Source: Octopus bimaculoides (taxonomy: Eukaryota). From it: a stretch of DNA of 52,424 nucleotides. The position numbers and the translations under genes are program-made. The notes under the pieces were generated by a model. That model made no database searches. It was not told the origin of the DNA and saw nothing but the letters and a program-made list of their open reading frames with translations. The DNA lies in assembly GCF_001194135.2 (NCBI RefSeq), contig NC_068987.1, forward strand, positions 1,792,301 through 1,844,724. Direction: 5' to 3'. This document shows, one piece after another, positions 50,401 to 52,424 of this stretch. How positions within the stretch are numbered: the first letter of the stretch is position 1; each line of letters begins with the position of its first letter.

Positions 50401-51787
50401 ATTAGAAGGCAGCTTTCTTTTTTTCTAATATCTCAAACCGTTCTCGTAAAGAAGATCGGCTGCTCTTTAACAGCAGCAGCAGCAGTCTTGCTTTGTATCT
50501 CTGTTGGTCGAGTCTCAGGAACTAATTGCTGTTTGCAGATGTTCCACAATTCTTTCTCAAGGCAGTAAAGAAGCTGTGAGCTGATTTCCCCGATCTCACA
50601 TGCAACACTTAGCCAGGAGTTTGTGTTCTTCGTCCATGTCTTAATTGTGACACATGGGAGCGAACCTATGGTTCGGCGTGTATTGAATGAGCGTCGGTTG
50701 TCTCTGATTTTTCTTTGTTCCCATTCACATTATATTTTGTGAAACTGATATCTCTCTCTCTCTCTCTCTGGTACTGCATCAGGACAATTATTATTATTAT
50801 TATTATTATTATTATAACTATATTTGGTAGATTGAGGCAAATTTCTATTGCATCACTTGCTATACCTCCATGTTGCTGGGGAGTGTGCAGCATTGTGTGT
50901 CTTTTATGCTTTTGGAGAGTGTGCAAACGCTTCCCGGTTTAGTATTCTGTTTTTAATTATTGATAGAAAAAATGTTATATACTGATCTTTACACAGTTGA
51001 ATTTTTTCTTTTGTTTTTCTTTTTAATTTTCCTTTTCTTTTTATAGGTTTTGCTGTGATTTACAGTTTCCGTAATTGTGCAGTTTGTATATTGGCAGGAG
51101 TTTATCACCTTAATTGTTATCGTCCGTTTTATTTGTTGCGTCAATAAAAGGTGTTTACATACTCGAGTAGTCAGGGAGAAGATGGTTGTAGATATTAAAG
51201 TTTCTAAATTTTCTAAAGACGATCGTTTGTATGTCTGATCAGAGAAAACTGTAGTGTTCTTGTGATAAAAAGGGGGTCTACATTTTCGAATATTCAGGGA
51301 GAAAGGAACGCCTTATTATTGTTGATGATGATGCTGTTGTTATTTACTTTTCATCTGCATGTTTGTTACAATCACTTGCCGAGACATACCCAACTTGCTT
51401 TGGGCGAGTGAAGGATAAGAAATGTTACAGTATGACTGGAAGCTTGAGGTGGGGAGTGGCAGTAGCAAAATATGTTCATGTAAAGCAACACAGACAATTA
51501 ATTTGATAGGGTTTTTCTAAGGATGTAGTCAGTACTTGTCTGAACAATCTTTTGGATTTTTTGACACATGATTGTCCTGGGGTCTTATCTACATGTTTCT
51601 AACATTGTTTTCCTTTCTTTTTTTATCACACTCAGGGCACCAACAATAACATTTCTCGCTTTAAGATGCCACATCTTCTGTATTTCAATTTCCAGGTCCT
51701 TATATTTACTTAATTTGTCAAATTTCTTTAAAATTATTATTATTATTATTACTATTAAAGTTTTTCTACAATTTCTCTCTTAACCAG

Positions 51788-51929
51788 GTAATTACATCTT
51801 CTAGGAGAATCAACTCAACTTGGTTAAACAATGATATCTATCGAATGAAAAGCGTACAGTGTTCTTCGATGCCAGATATTGAAGTTTTGTCATCGAGAAA
51901 GCCAAAAGCTTCTCTCTATTTACAAGACA
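51788..51929 (+). CDS. Probable next coding exon (phase 0-1): VITSSRRINSTWLNNDIYRMKSVQCSSMPDIEVLSSRKPKASLYLQD
   Basis: Acceptor tttttctacaatttctctcttaaccAG, donor A|GTGAGT at 51930. Length 142 nt, open frame, phase 0 matches the 18174 donor. It is the best phase-0 candidate I found downstream of 18174 but implies a 33.6-kb intron. Confidence 0.65.
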
Positions 51930-52282
51930 GTGAGTAGATTTCAGTTCACCTTCTTTTCGTGTCTTAGAAAATCATGTCGGTTCAAATACATCACTCACAA
52001 AACAAACACACGCACACATATATATATATATATATGCAACAATATATATAAGTGTGTTTACCTAAATATATGAATTTGTATATGCACACATTAATATGTG
52101 TATACGCAAACCTGGATATATAATATGGAGTTTTTAAATCAAAGCTGGACCTCTTCCTATCGAGAGTCCCAGATGAACCTACCTCGCGTCAGGAGGTGCA
52201 AATGAGGGTTGCTAAATCAAACTCCATTCTTCACCAAGTGCCACATATTGTAAGAGGCTCCCTGTAATAACAGTGTAGCAAC

Positions 52283-52330
52283 ACGGTGGTGCATCAGCAT
52301 GGCCGCAGCTCTAAGCTGAAACTAAAAAAA
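52283..52330 (+). mobile_element. SINE family A extreme 3' end
   Basis: CGGTGGTGCATCAGCATGGCCGCAGCTCTAAGCTGAAACTAAAAAA. Confidence 0.6.
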
Positions 52331-52424
52331 AATAAATAAATAAATAAATATATATATATATATATTTATATAACCTAGCTAAAACCAAAATCCTAATAAG
52401 TAGGAAGGTAGATAAAACACAAAC

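Larger units (their letters stand above)
2421..51929 (+). other. Partial multi-exon gene: ShKT domain plus uncharacterised Cys-rich extracellular modules (recalled resemblance to invertebrate DUF7042/DUF7043-type proteins, not verified); start and stop lie outside the identified exons
   Basis: Seven exons join in one reading frame of 993 nt with canonical GT-AG introns. The motif string C-x-F-x4-G-x-W ... G-x-F-x-C ... NGC ... Y-x-C-x2-F-x-R-x4-LQYR matches my memory of that family. N-glycosylation sequons NKT and NST are present. Confidence 0.75.

Noticed and set aside
51047-51150. Very strong polypyrimidine acceptor at 51045-51046
   Set aside because: The phase-0 frame stops after three codons and the phase-1 frame ends in a stop without a good donor; probably a T-rich tract.
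1-52424. Most ORFs in the supplied track (His/Thr, Cys/Val, Tyr/Ile, poly-M/L/S, X-filled)
   Set aside because: They are translations of dinucleotide or trinucleotide microsatellites and N gaps, with no splice or domain support.

Overview
AT-rich, microsatellite-saturated animal genomic DNA from a gapped scaffold (nine N runs). The SINE types, (TA)/(CA)/(GATA) load and intron sizes point to a coleoid cephalopod, probably Octopus; that is inference from recalled repeat sequences, not a database hit. The supplied ORF track is almost entirely microsatellite or N artefact. Manual splice-site reading gives one + strand multi-exon gene spanning nearly the whole window and open at both ends: exons 2421-2537, 5162 (or 5246)-5447, 7105-7169, 14903-15010, 17176-17352, 18077-18174 and probably 51788-51929. 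All introns are GT-AG, phases are compatible and there are no stops (about 330 codons). It encodes an ShK-toxin (ShKT) domain with a Lys-Tyr dyad, followed by uncharacterised Cys/Trp-rich extracellular-type modules. The introns hold at least four SINE-like families, a Penelope-like GIY-YIG remnant, several degenerate minimal hammerhead-ribozyme motifs, two Helitron ends, a LINE RT trace and several fold-back hairpins. One of these, about 290 bp, sits 120 nt behind a splice donor. No prokaryotic features, CRISPR, rRNA or genuine tRNA genes were found.
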